IMG/VR virus record: IMGVR_UViG_3300011187_000002
Length of the DNA: 64,000 bases
Reading direction: 5' to 3' (one strand)
From: a virus
Lineage: Duplodnaviria > Heunggongvirae > Uroviricota > Caudoviricetes
The notes beneath the pieces were generated by a model. The model worked only from the letters and a program-made list of their open reading frames with translations. It made no database searches and was not told where the DNA came from. Both the position numbers and the translations under genes were made by a program. Below are positions 55,675 to 64,000 of this stretch, in pieces. The stretch's first letter is position 1, and every line of letters begins with the position of its first letter.

Positions 55675-55998
55675 ATGAGTAACAGCACCCCTAAGATCGA
55701 AATCGAAGACTCTGACAGGCCCGGTGAAATACGTCCCGTGTGGAAAGTAAGCAAAGCCACGGGCGAGCGGTCGATGGAATTCACACTTATCACGGACGAC
55801 GAGGAACGGGCCAAAGCTGAAGCCGCCAAAAAGGATGGGTGGTATGGTTCCGAGGGATCTTACCACGAAACTGTGGCGGTGTTCGGCGAAGATGAACACT
55901 GGTATGTCGGAGGCAGTGTTCACGTTCCACCATCACTTCGTCAGAGGGCGTTGAACAAGCTGACCCCCGAAGAGCGCAAAGCGCTGGGTGTAGACTAG
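55675..55998 (+). CDS. hypothetical protein
   Basis: GAGG RBS; C-terminal RQRALNKLTPEERKALG. Confidence 0.7.
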   Translation: MSNSTPKIEIEDSDRPGEIRPVWKVSKATGERSMEFTLITDDEERAKAEAAKKDGWYGSEGSYHETVAVFGEDEHWYVGGSVHVPPSLRQRALNKLTPEERKALGVD

Positions 55999-56006
55999 AA
56001 AGCCTT

Positions 56007-56035
56007 TTGACGGTGCTTATATAGTGTGGTATAAA
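56007..56035 (+). promoter_or_regulatory. sigma70-type phage promoter
   Basis: TTGACG-N17(TGTGG)-TATAAA. Confidence 0.8.
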
Positions 56036-56064
56036 GGTCGAGGATTCCAAAAAGGGAAGTTACG

Positions 56065-56337
56065 ATGGTATTGAGCCGAGACGACATAAACGATAAAGCC
56101 AAGGAAAGGCACCGCAGCCTGTTCGAGGAACTGGAATCGGAAATTGACTCCAGCCTTGGTAGATACGACCCCGACGACTTGAACGAATATTCCCCGGTTC
56201 GGATTGAATACAAAGGGTACATGCCCGAGTTCGTTCGTCAGTGGCTCAGAGACGAGTACGGGGAAGGGGGCTGGGTCATTTCGATTTTATTCATACAAGG
56301 CGCACCCGACTACGAATGGACCATTCAAATTTACTGA
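56065..56337 (+). CDS. hypothetical protein
   Basis: 90 aa ORF after promoter. Confidence 0.65.
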   Translation: MVLSRDDINDKAKERHRSLFEELESEIDSSLGRYDPDDLNEYSPVRIEYKGYMPEFVRQWLRDEYGEGGWVISILFIQGAPDYEWTIQIY

Positions 56338-56399
56338 TCTTCAAAAAGTGGTAACATGTTGGATTATCAGAGTGAAAAAAGGATGAGGCGGGATGCGCC

Positions 56400-56678
56400 T
56401 TGAGTTTGGTTTTTCTAGGCGCGGCCTACGTGCTTAGGTTTTACGCGGCCTTTGTGTTCATGGAACTTTGGGGTTGGTACCTCGTCCCTACGTTTGAGGT
56501 ACAAGAGCTGCCTTACGTGGTGGCTGTAGGCATGACGCTCATGGCCACTACCCTTAACCGTTCGATGGGTTCAAAGGATACCCAAGACCCTGCATGGGTG
56601 CTAACGTCACTGGCCGCGATGTTCATATCGGTCACGTTGACGTGGGCCTTGGGTGGATTTTTGACCCTGTTCATGTAA
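56400..56678 (+). CDS. small multi-pass membrane protein
   Basis: LWGWYLVPTF and three hydrophobic helices; start uncertain. Confidence 0.65.
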   Translation: MSLVFLGAAYVLRFYAAFVFMELWGWYLVPTFEVQELPYVVAVGMTLMATTLNRSMGSKDTQDPAWVLTSLAAMFISVTLTWALGGFLTLFM

Positions 56679-56699
56679 CCCCCTTTGTTGGGAAAAGAT

Positions 56700-57059
56700 A
56701 TGCCCGATTTGACCACCGAATACTATTGGCACTGTGCAAGCGTGGAAGCCTTTCACAAGGTCGTAGAATCAAGCAGCAGCGACAAGACGTACACTGTGCG
56801 GCGTGACCTTCACAGCCACAAGTATACGGACGAGGTAGAGTTCGATTGGTCGTGTACGTGTCCGTCCTATGAATACCGGTGTGGCCCCAACCCGAAGCAA
56901 GACCGCTATTGCAAGCATATCAAGGCGGTTCGAGATTCAGACGCTTACTGTGGTTGGATGCAGGGCACGGACGGCGGCACCCCGGATTACGACGACGAAG
57001 GTATGGCCCATTGCCCTGAGTGTGGCCGCAAAGCAATCTCACAAGGCTACGACGTCTAA
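56700..57059 (+). CDS. SWIM zinc-finger protein with C-terminal Zn ribbon
   Basis: YTV...WSCTCP...CKH; CPECG. Confidence 0.8.
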   Translation: MPDLTTEYYWHCASVEAFHKVVESSSSDKTYTVRRDLHSHKYTDEVEFDWSCTCPSYEYRCGPNPKQDRYCKHIKAVRDSDAYCGWMQGTDGGTPDYDDEGMAHCPECGRKAISQGYDV

Positions 57060-57068
57060 AAACCAACT

Positions 57069-58364
57069 ATGGGTAAGAAACGACGACGAAAACGCCGTAA
57101 GTCCCAACGCCAGAGTCCCGCCGAGTTCAAGGCGGCTTTGCGTCCGTTGTTCTGGAGATCTCTGGAAGGGCCTTATAACGGTACCGCCTTCGACCAGACT
57201 CTCGTCGCAGTGGCCGATCTCTTGACGCAAAATGAATTGGGCGTCGAAGACTTTTACCAGACGGACTACGGCAAGGCGGTCATCGACCTGTATGAAGAAC
57301 TGGTCCCTAAAGTGGGCTGGCCGCAGGACCCCGCTGAATTCGATAGCCGATGGGAACGCGCAAAGGAAGTCCTTTTCGACGAGAACAAACCCTTGCATAC
57401 GATGGAGGCTTTGCCTCTGATTACCGTTGCGGATTTCACTTACCGGTTGGGGATGCTTTTCGAAACGGCGTTTCTTTTCACGGGGTCGAGTGGCAACCGT
57501 AACGCACCCTATGAAAACGAACCTGTGTTCCGGTTTCTATCCACCGAGCAGTCACGGTTTCAGACCATTTACCGTTGCGTGAACAGGGTAGCCAAAACCA
57601 CCCTTGACCGGTACGCCATCTGTAAAGCCTTGCCCGCCGAGCAAATGGTTCCGCAAGACCCTGAAACCGAACGCATCCGGGCTACGACCATGACGGAGTT
57701 GTTTGCGACAGGCAACAACGCCTTCGTCATATCGGACACGCTTCGGGAGATGTTCCTGAAAACCGATCTCCTGAAAATCGAAATCGACGCTATTGACCTG
57801 CCCTATTCGGCTTTCCAGCTAATGACTGAAGACCGGACGGTGTTCTTTACGCACATCCCGGCGACGTCAGGAAGGTCACTTTGGATTTTCGATAACGTCG
57901 AATACGGTTGCGTCCACCTCAAGCAAGACGAAGACACTAAGACCTTGGGCGATCTCTGGGACTGTTTGCCCGAGGGGTTCTGGAAAAACCACCCGGATTC
58001 CGCGCAGGCTTGTGAAGAGGCGTTTAACTTGGTGTGCAACCTGAGCCTGTATCTGGCGACCCGTAGCCCCGAGGTAAAGTCCGAAGGGCGTAAAACCAAC
58101 AGAGGCAAGGGCCGCAAAAAGTCTCGTAGGCGTGCTGAGTTGGACTACACGCCTATCCGTCGTGTTCTGTACCCCAGCGCCCATGTAGGAGCTAGAAATG
58201 GCTCTGGAGGCGTTTCACGCAAAGCACATTGGGTACGTGGACACTGGCGTAAGCAACCTTATGGTCCCCGAGACGATCCGAGGTACGAACGCATCTGGAT
58301 TGAACCCCACCTCCGGGGTGGCGACGAAGGTACATCTGGTGAAACTCGCAAATACAAGGTCTGA
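57069..58364 (+). CDS. hypothetical phage protein with C-terminal HWVRGHWRKQPYG motif
   Basis: 431 aa; basic N-terminus. Confidence 0.8.
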   Translation: MGKKRRRKRRKSQRQSPAEFKAALRPLFWRSLEGPYNGTAFDQTLVAVADLLTQNELGVEDFYQTDYGKAVIDLYEELVPKVGWPQDPAEFDSRWERAKEVLFDENKPLHTMEALPLITVADFTYRLGMLFETAFLFTGSSGNRNAPYENEPVFRFLSTEQSRFQTIYRCVNRVAKTTLDRYAICKALPAEQMVPQDPETERIRATTMTELFATGNNAFVISDTLREMFLKTDLLKIEIDAIDLPYSAFQLMTEDRTVFFTHIPATSGRSLWIFDNVEYGCVHLKQDEDTKTLGDLWDCLPEGFWKNHPDSAQACEEAFNLVCNLSLYLATRSPEVKSEGRKTNRGKGRKKSRRRAELDYTPIRRVLYPSAHVGARNGSGGVSRKAHWVRGHWRKQPYGPRDDPRYERIWIEPHLRGGDEGTSGETRKYKV

Positions 58365-58768
58365 TGAAATACAATGAAGACGGCACTTACGAAATCGAAG
58401 ATAAAGACTTTCCTGAATGCTCTGTGTGTGGGAAACCTACCAAGACCTTGAAGCGGGCCTACGGTTACTTTTGCGAAGACTTGTGCGAACTTGAGCGTGC
58501 AAAAGATAACCGAGAAGAATGCTTAGACCTGTTGCAGGGTCTCATGGGTATGTTTGGGGTGCCCGGCAACATTCGTGACGCGGCTCCGTCCCCGGAAGGT
58601 GAGCCAAACGACGATAACCCTTTCGGTATCAAGCCGTTGCGATGTTTAACGCGGGTCCGCGCCTTGCAACCTATTGGTTCGTATGGCAAGATGACTCGTG
58701 CAAGCAACCCTCTTACGTATTCAAAGGGAATTGGGGAGCTAAAACGTCCATACCTTTTTCCGAGTTGA
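58364..58768 (+). CDS. hypothetical Zn-binding protein
   Basis: CSVCGK...FCEDLC. Confidence 0.55.
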   Translation: MKYNEDGTYEIEDKDFPECSVCGKPTKTLKRAYGYFCEDLCELERAKDNREECLDLLQGLMGMFGVPGNIRDAAPSPEGEPNDDNPFGIKPLRCLTRVRALQPIGSYGKMTRASNPLTYSKGIGELKRPYLFPS

Positions 58769-58783
58769 AAGACAGTGTGCGCA

Positions 58784-58993
58784 ATGACTTTCGACAAGGC
58801 CATACGTGAACTGGATAAGGGCCACAAGATAACGCGAGCCTCCGTGCGTCTTTTGAAATGCAGCCGGTTCTTTATCAAGAGCCGGGATATGGCATGGAAA
58901 CTGGTCAACGATCCCGAAGAACTGTTGGCCGATGATTGGGTAATTTACGGTAGCGAGGAGCACCTGAGATATGAGCACGAAAATAACCGTTAA
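58784..58993 (+). CDS. DUF2829 / Tad2-like protein
   Basis: MTFDKAIRELDKGHKITR...ELLADDWVI fits M.F..A...L..G.K..R...LA.DW pattern. Confidence 0.6.
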   Translation: MTFDKAIRELDKGHKITRASVRLLKCSRFFIKSRDMAWKLVNDPEELLADDWVIYGSEEHLRYEHENNR

Positions 58994-59159
58994 CGGTAAG
59001 ACAATCGAAATCGAAGGGTCGGTCAATAACGTATCGGTCCAAGGCAACAATATCATCGTCAACGGGAATTCCGTTGCGGGCGATGTGACCGAACCATCAC
59101 CACGGTCGAAGGCAATTTCGAATGGACCCGGTTCCATTTCGAACCGGATGACGACGTAG
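58971..59159 (+). CDS. short beta-repeat protein, probably truncated
   Basis: KITVNGKTIEIEGSVNNVSVQGNNIIVNG; GAGGAG RBS. Confidence 0.45.
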   Translation: MSTKITVNGKTIEIEGSVNNVSVQGNNIIVNGNSVAGDVTEPSPRSKAISNGPGSISNRMTT

Positions 59160-59196
59160 ACGAATGGGAAACTATGATGGTTGAAGAGGGAATGTA

Positions 59197-59688
59197 ATGA
59201 CGATCTCTAACGAAATCCAAGGCGACGTTTTCGCGGCGCTGGAAGAGCGTACCCAACCGACACTCCTTATGCACGGGTGCAACATGCAGGGCCACATGGG
59301 GAGTGGCATCGCCAAGGTCATCAAGGACAAGTGGCCCTACGTCTTTGACACCTACAAGAATTTCTGTGACGGCAAAGCCGGTGGGGAGGTCACTCTAGGA
59401 GGTGTCGTGATCTCGCCCACCAGTCCAAAGCTGGAAGAGGGTACGCCCCCGCTTTACATCGCCAACGCCCTAACCCAAGAGTTCTGGAGTCGGGAAAAAG
59501 CTCAAGCCGACGTCGAGGCTATCGAAGAGGCGCTGGCCGGTATCGAGCGCACGTTAGGGGACCGGGCCGATAGGTGGGGGTTCGTCACGGTACAAGTCGG
59601 CTGTGGCCTTGGTGGGTTGGATTGGGAAGCGGACGTAAAGCCGTTGTACGAAGCCAGTGGGCTGGACTGGACGGTCTATTACCTGTAA
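59197..59688 (+). CDS. macro-domain (ADP-ribose processing) protein
   Basis: GDVF, HGCNMQGHMGSGIA, IANALTQ, VGCGLGGLDW. Confidence 0.9.
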   Translation: MTISNEIQGDVFAALEERTQPTLLMHGCNMQGHMGSGIAKVIKDKWPYVFDTYKNFCDGKAGGEVTLGGVVISPTSPKLEEGTPPLYIANALTQEFWSREKAQADVEAIEEALAGIERTLGDRADRWGFVTVQVGCGLGGLDWEADVKPLYEASGLDWTVYYL

Positions 59689-59697
59689 GAGGGCCGC

Positions 59698-60057
59698 ATG
59701 GCTGACGAACCAGAAAAGAAAGGTGCCTCCACGGTCGAAGAATGGCTGGCCCAAGGCAACGAAATCGACCGGTCCGTGATCGTTGAACAGAAGGCCAAGT
59801 ACAGCGACCACGTACATAAGTGGGAACCTCGACCCGGTTGGCATGGGCGTTACCGATGCACCGAATGCAAAGCGTTCGGCTGGCGACGGTCTGCGGTAAC
59901 AGGCGGTGCCGTCACGAAAGACGCGGATCGCATCGTCGAGTACCTTTGCTGTAAACCCGATTGCAAGGGCTGGGCTATCGGAAAAGAAAGTGACCAGTGG
60001 AAATGCCAGCGCCACTATAGCGGGAAGAGCCGTAAGCCCGAGAAGACACCTTGGTAA
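59698..60057 (+). CDS. Cys/His-rich hypothetical protein
   Basis: HVHKW...CTEC...CCKPDC...CQRH. Confidence 0.65.
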   Translation: MADEPEKKGASTVEEWLAQGNEIDRSVIVEQKAKYSDHVHKWEPRPGWHGRYRCTECKAFGWRRSAVTGGAVTKDADRIVEYLCCKPDCKGWAIGKESDQWKCQRHYSGKSRKPEKTPW

Positions 60058-60177
60058 CTTGACGAACTCTATACCCTGTGGTATGGGGTAGTGACAAAGA
60101 TAGTTCGTTCGCCCGCGTAGCGGGCTTAGGGTAAAATTGGTTTTTGGGTGTAGACACCACGCTCGATAGAAGTCACA

Positions 60178-60411
60178 ATGAGCGAAGATTTGCAAAGTGG
60201 AGGGGAAGTGGGCGGGGGCCGAATGAGCCGCCAGCGGGCAGAGTCCCTTCTGAAAAGGGTGCGTGACGAAAGCGCCGAGTTGTTCTTTTCGGGACCGGGG
60301 CCTGCTGGTGGCCATCTATTTTCCGACGACCGGAAACGGTTGGCACGTTTGCTAAAAGCCGAAGACGCATTGCGGGCTTACCTGAAAGCGTTGGATACAG
60401 GACCCGAGTAA
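60178..60411 (+). CDS. hypothetical protein
   Basis: Short ORF after promoter-like TTGACG at 60059. Confidence 0.45.
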   Translation: MSEDLQSGGEVGGGRMSRQRAESLLKRVRDESAELFFSGPGPAGGHLFSDDRKRLARLLKAEDALRAYLKALDTGPE

Positions 60412-60456
60412 CAAATGTTACATTCATAAGTTACATATATAACATGAGGAAGTCAC

Positions 60457-60792
60457 ATGAGCCTTGACCCGAGGATCTTAGTCGAACAGTTGCGCCAAAA
60501 TAACCGCTACGAAGCGATGCGGAGGCTCGACGACATTGCGATACCGGAATACAAATCATCGTACCTCCGGGACGTCAAAGATTCGTATGGCTTGCGCTAC
60601 ACGATTATCATCGACGTGTACGAAACCCCAACTGGATTGTCCGTTTCTCCTTTCGTCGAGTTCGGTGAGGGGGACATGGTAAGTACGATCCGATGCTCTG
60701 CGGAGAATGAATCCATCGGGGATATTGAATCCCAATGCGACAAGTTCTGGCGCAATTTCGGGAAACCTTATGACCAACCCATCCTGAACTGA
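60457..60792 (+). CDS. hypothetical protein
   Basis: GAGG RBS. Confidence 0.65.
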   Translation: MSLDPRILVEQLRQNNRYEAMRRLDDIAIPEYKSSYLRDVKDSYGLRYTIIIDVYETPTGLSVSPFVEFGEGDMVSTIRCSAENESIGDIESQCDKFWRNFGKPYDQPILN

Positions 60793-60793
60793 T

Positions 60794-61363
60794 ATGTCCT
60801 ACGTTTTCTACTGCATGAATGACGACTGCGATTGGGATTCCGAGACTTCCCAGCGCAGTCGTTACACAGATAATTGGATGGGCGGCTCGTGGAAATGCCC
60901 TTTGTGTCATTCGGGTGTGCGATCTAAAGGTTCCACTGTGGAAGTCGTAGAAACAAACGATGAGAGACGTGACGCCATACGAAAAAATAGCGAATGGCTC
61001 AAGGAACACGCCGATGATCCTAAGTACGCCGGGAAATGGATAGCGCTGGATACCGGTGTGCTGGTGGCCGCTTACGACAGTAGCGAAGAGCTTATCGAAG
61101 CGGTCGATGACCCCAAAAATTACCTCGTGACCCGCTTAGGCCCTTACGATTGGGAACCAAAAGACCTACCTGAACCGAAGGTACCGACGCCTTTCGTGCT
61201 CGAAGATACGGGCAGGCGGAATTCTAAGGGACATCGGATCGTCAAACTCATGACACGTAACACAGCCGGACCTAACCGGTTCGGTAATGCCGAAAGGCTA
61301 GGCTCCTTTTCGCTTGACGATGAACATTTCGAAATCCTGAAACAGCTTTTGAACCCCAAGTAG
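60794..61363 (+). CDS. Zn-ribbon + DUF5678-like protein
   Basis: CMNDDC...CPLC; WLKEH...YAGKWIAL..G.LVA. Confidence 0.65.
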   Translation: MSYVFYCMNDDCDWDSETSQRSRYTDNWMGGSWKCPLCHSGVRSKGSTVEVVETNDERRDAIRKNSEWLKEHADDPKYAGKWIALDTGVLVAAYDSSEELIEAVDDPKNYLVTRLGPYDWEPKDLPEPKVPTPFVLEDTGRRNSKGHRIVKLMTRNTAGPNRFGNAERLGSFSLDDEHFEILKQLLNPK

Positions 61364-61370
61364 GATCCAC

Positions 61371-61814
61371 ATGCCCATCCACAACCACAGCGTGTTCGGG
61401 GTCTTGTGGGGTGCCATGCCTGAAGAGCTGCAGATCCTGACGGCGATTCGAAAGCCGAACGTCGTGCATTTCTATGAGGCGGGGCTTTTGGTCGAGATCA
61501 AATGGCGTTTCATGTACGAAGGCGATGCCTATGTGAGTTGGGCATACGACGAAATCGTAGCCGCGTGGTACCTCGAAGATGACCGCATCGCATACGAAGA
61601 TGTTCGGTTCAACGGGCCGAACTATGAACACAAAGTCCAAGCCGATTGGCTACGGGACGATGATCATACGCTGAGGGCAATCGAACGCTGCTTGTTTCGG
61701 GCTTATTATTCCCACCCCAAACCCGACGAAAGCACCATCCATTATACAGTGGCAGACCTTCACCGTTACTTGGAAGCGACAGGACAGGAAGGTGTGTTTT
61801 ACGACGGCCCGTAA
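61371..61814 (+). CDS. hypothetical protein (MPIHNH start)
   Basis: AGGA RBS. Confidence 0.65.
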   Translation: MPIHNHSVFGVLWGAMPEELQILTAIRKPNVVHFYEAGLLVEIKWRFMYEGDAYVSWAYDEIVAAWYLEDDRIAYEDVRFNGPNYEHKVQADWLRDDDHTLRAIERCLFRAYYSHPKPDESTIHYTVADLHRYLEATGQEGVFYDGP

Positions 61815-61885
61815 AAAAAATTTCACCAGTTCCGGGTCGCAAACGTTTACCTAGTGAACCATGAACCCCACACTAGGAGCCTGAC

Positions 61886-62095
61886 ATGCCTTTCCTCAAA
61901 GCCCTTGTCGCTGTCCCTTACGTCGCCGGTGCCGTTGTGTTCCGGCTGCTTGTAGGACTCATCATCTTGGCGGGAGCCCCTGTAGTGGGGGCTGTTTATT
62001 TCGGTGTGAAATGGGGCCTGACCCTGTGCGTAATGAACATCACCTATGGGTTGGCCGAAGACTTTGAGCGGATTCGAACGTTCGTAAAGTCCTGA
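61886..62095 (+). CDS. small membrane protein
   Basis: Long hydrophobic stretch; AGGAG RBS. Confidence 0.6.
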   Translation: MPFLKALVAVPYVAGAVVFRLLVGLIILAGAPVVGAVYFGVKWGLTLCVMNITYGLAEDFERIRTFVKS

Positions 62096-62199
62096 ATCAT
62101 TTGACCCCAACCCCGCGTGAACACATTAGATTTTGCGAGATTCGGGGATCGTCTGAGGTTCTGAACCCGAGATATTTGGATCGTTTCTTAAAAAACCTT

Positions 62200-62228
62200 T
62201 TGACAGGGTGGATCCGGTAGGGTATAAA
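62200..62228 (+). promoter_or_regulatory. sigma70-type phage promoter
   Basis: TTGACA-N17(TAGGG)-TATAAA. Confidence 0.8.
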
Positions 62229-62300
62229 GGGTACAGATGTTGGAACAAGGACGTTCCCGAGACGACGAACTTACTACGAATACGAAACGGAGAAAAGCAA

Positions 62301-62882
62301 ATGGCAAACGGAAACCTCGAAGCGCGTAAAGACTTCATTCAGTCATTCATCAAACAGCACCCCACCTGCGAAGCGGGTGGGTTGTACGATGCCCTCGAAA
62401 AGGAATGGCCTGACGTCAGCCGTGGTGGACACCGTTCGCTGGTGTACCGTGAGTTGGACGAGGCGGAGCGCCCGTGGGAACGCACCCATGCCTGCCCGAA
62501 GTGCGAAGTGGAGGCACAGGGGCTGGAGGCGATCGACGCTACGTTCGGTTTCCGCAACATGTCGGATGGCAAGCGCCGTGTCCAGTCGTGGTGCCGTCAG
62601 TGCCGCAAAGAGGACGCCCGCAAGCGTCGGAAGAAGAAGGCCAAAGCCGAGGCGAAGGCTGAGAAAGCCAAGGCCAAGCCGAAGAAGAAAGCGAAGAAGG
62701 CCAAGGCCAAAAAGGCCGAGAAGCCGGTCGAAGAGAAATCGGTGACCGAAATGACGGTCGCCGAACTCCAAGACCAGTTCACCAAGAAGGAACTCAAGGC
62801 CAAGCTCGACGCCTTGGATCTCAAGGTGGGTGGCAACAAGCCCGAGTTGGCCGAGCGCCTCCACGCTGTGGTTGCCGGGTAA
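62301..62882 (+). CDS. putative nucleoid-associated protein: Zn finger, Lys/Ala-rich linker, C-terminal SAP domain
   Basis: CPKC...QSWCRQC; KKAKAEAK repeats; TKKELKAKLDALDLKVGGNKPELAERL. Confidence 0.8.
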   Translation: MANGNLEARKDFIQSFIKQHPTCEAGGLYDALEKEWPDVSRGGHRSLVYRELDEAERPWERTHACPKCEVEAQGLEAIDATFGFRNMSDGKRRVQSWCRQCRKEDARKRRKKKAKAEAKAEKAKAKPKKKAKKAKAKKAEKPVEEKSVTEMTVAELQDQFTKKELKAKLDALDLKVGGNKPELAERLHAVVAG

Positions 62883-62960
62883 CGGCTAGCCGCCCCACGA
62901 CATAGACGGTCTTCCAAGGATCGTCCCTGCGTAGTTTCCAGCGCTATGTGGGTACGTAAG

Positions 62961-63001
62961 CCCCGGATGGTCCCCCCCCGGCCATCCGGGGTTGTTTTTT
63001 T
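62961..63001 (+). terminator. intrinsic terminator
   Basis: ccccggatgg...ccatccgggg followed by T-run. Confidence 0.85.
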
Positions 63002-63023
63002 GTACCCAAGGCCAAATTTTATT

Positions 63024-63052
63024 TTGACACACCGAGATCGCTAGGGTATAGG
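63024..63052 (+). promoter_or_regulatory. sigma70-type phage promoter
   Basis: TTGACA-N17(TAGGG)-TATAGG. Confidence 0.8.
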
Positions 63053-63091
63053 TTAGTGAGGACGAGGTTACTACTGAATAAAGAGGGTGCC

Positions 63092-63382
63092 ATGAACAGC
63101 CGATACGACAAGCGCACGAACGAAAAGTACCGTGGGAAAGCTACAATTGTGCGTGGGATCCTTTTGTGGGGCCTTACTTTAGCCCTGTGGGTAGGCGTGT
63201 TTGCCCTTGGCGGCCTGTTTCTCGACCACCTCTTCGGCTATGACGTCACGGGCCTTACGGCTTTGACGGGTGGGATCTTAGGGGCCAGCATCGAGGCTGT
63301 CCATTTCGTGAAGCAATATACGAACGAGCGAACCCGCAATTACATTGACGATTTCAACGAAAATTACGAAAACGACGCATGA
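63092..63382 (+). CDS. small two-TM membrane protein
   Basis: Two hydrophobic helices; GAGGG RBS. Confidence 0.65.
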   Translation: MNSRYDKRTNEKYRGKATIVRGILLWGLTLALWVGVFALGGLFLDHLFGYDVTGLTALTGGILGASIEAVHFVKQYTNERTRNYIDDFNENYENDA

Positions 63383-63425
63383 GCGCAGCACTAACCTAAT
63401 TTACGATACGGAAAGGACCAACGCT

Positions 63426-63689
63426 ATGAGCCAGATCGAATACAGAGACGAGACTCACGAACGCAACACCAAACTTTTCAAACGGTGTGGTTTCCAAGGT
63501 GAAGGCGGCCTTTACAGCCGGAAAAACAACTGGAAAATGCCGGTGCGTGTGGTCGTCGAACAGGACGAATCTGAAGCAATGGTGAACGCTATCACGTTTT
63601 TCGTCGGCGGCGTCGATAACGTCGAATTGCTCGACGACGGAATGGTCAAGATCGAATCGCTGGGCTATTACCACCACATCGGTGCTTAG
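63426..63689 (+). CDS. hypothetical phage protein
   Basis: NWKMPV...AITFFVG...GYY..IGA; AAGGA RBS. Confidence 0.7.
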   Translation: MSQIEYRDETHERNTKLFKRCGFQGEGGLYSRKNNWKMPVRVVVEQDESEAMVNAITFFVGGVDNVELLDDGMVKIESLGYYHHIGA

Positions 63690-63692
63690 GGC

Positions 63693-64000
63693 TTAGTCGT
63701 CGATATCCTGACCACGGACGATGAGCTTAGTGAACATCTGTTCGTGGTCGGAACCCAAGACGCCCATCGCATACATGCCGAACGCTTCGCAGAAGTGCTC
63801 TTCCCTATCGGTTGCAGCGTATTGGGAAGGGTAAGCAAACTCCTGAACATAGGCGTCACGGATCTGTTGAAGGGTCAGGTAACCGTCGTCTGTGACGTAG
63901 AATTTAAGCCCTTCGATTTTTTGAATGACGGGATCTTTCAGACCTTTGAGATCGAAACCGAGGGGATCACCTACATCGGGCAATGGCATATCGTCCGAGC
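63693..64000 (-). CDS. C-terminal part of a putative zinc metalloprotease-like protein (probably runs off window)
   Basis: SQYAATDREEHFCEAF. Confidence 0.5.
   Translation of the reverse strand, partial: SDDMPLPDVGDPLGFDLKGLKDPVIQKIEGLKFYVTDDGYLTLQQIRDAYVQEFAYPSQYAATDREEHFCEAFGMYAMGVLGSDHEQMFTKLIVRGQDIDD

Overview
Gene-dense accessory region of a large (probably jumbo) dsDNA bacteriophage. It carries about 100 mostly short, tightly packed ORFs, no contiguous host housekeeping operons, and about 20 near-identical sigma70-type promoters (TTGAC[AG]-N17-TATA[AG][AG], usually preceded by TAGGG/TGTGG). No capsid, terminase or polymerase genes lie in the window, so the phage call is inferred from organisation and gene content. 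All product calls come from motifs read by eye; no database search was run. Recognisable elements: (1) a four-gene NAD+ salvage operon (pncB-nadE-pncA-nadD) behind a phage-type promoter, plus a Tad2/DUF2829-like protein, a macro domain and a Mesh1/SAH-like HD hydrolase; (2) an RNA-rescue set: tmRNA (tag (A)DETQYAAAA), Ro60/TROVE whose RBS is buried in a bulged-C three-way-junction RNA, KhpA, and an RNA ligase fractured by a split intein with a free-standing Vsr-like endonuclease between the halves; (3) a MoxR/CobS AAA + vWA pair, an ECF sigma factor, a lytic transglycosylase, PyrE, and a large N6-adenine methyltransferase (type IIG/ISP-like); (4) decaying GIY-YIG, HNH and thermonuclease genes. 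Unexplained patterns: a ~1.5 kb structured non-coding region, a small tRNA-like RNA complementary to GACGAC-rich leaders, a shared 'L.DQLIKLG....LRPHI.P.L' module with a second promoter-like motif, and a shared 'MIRN[YRH]F' N-terminus.
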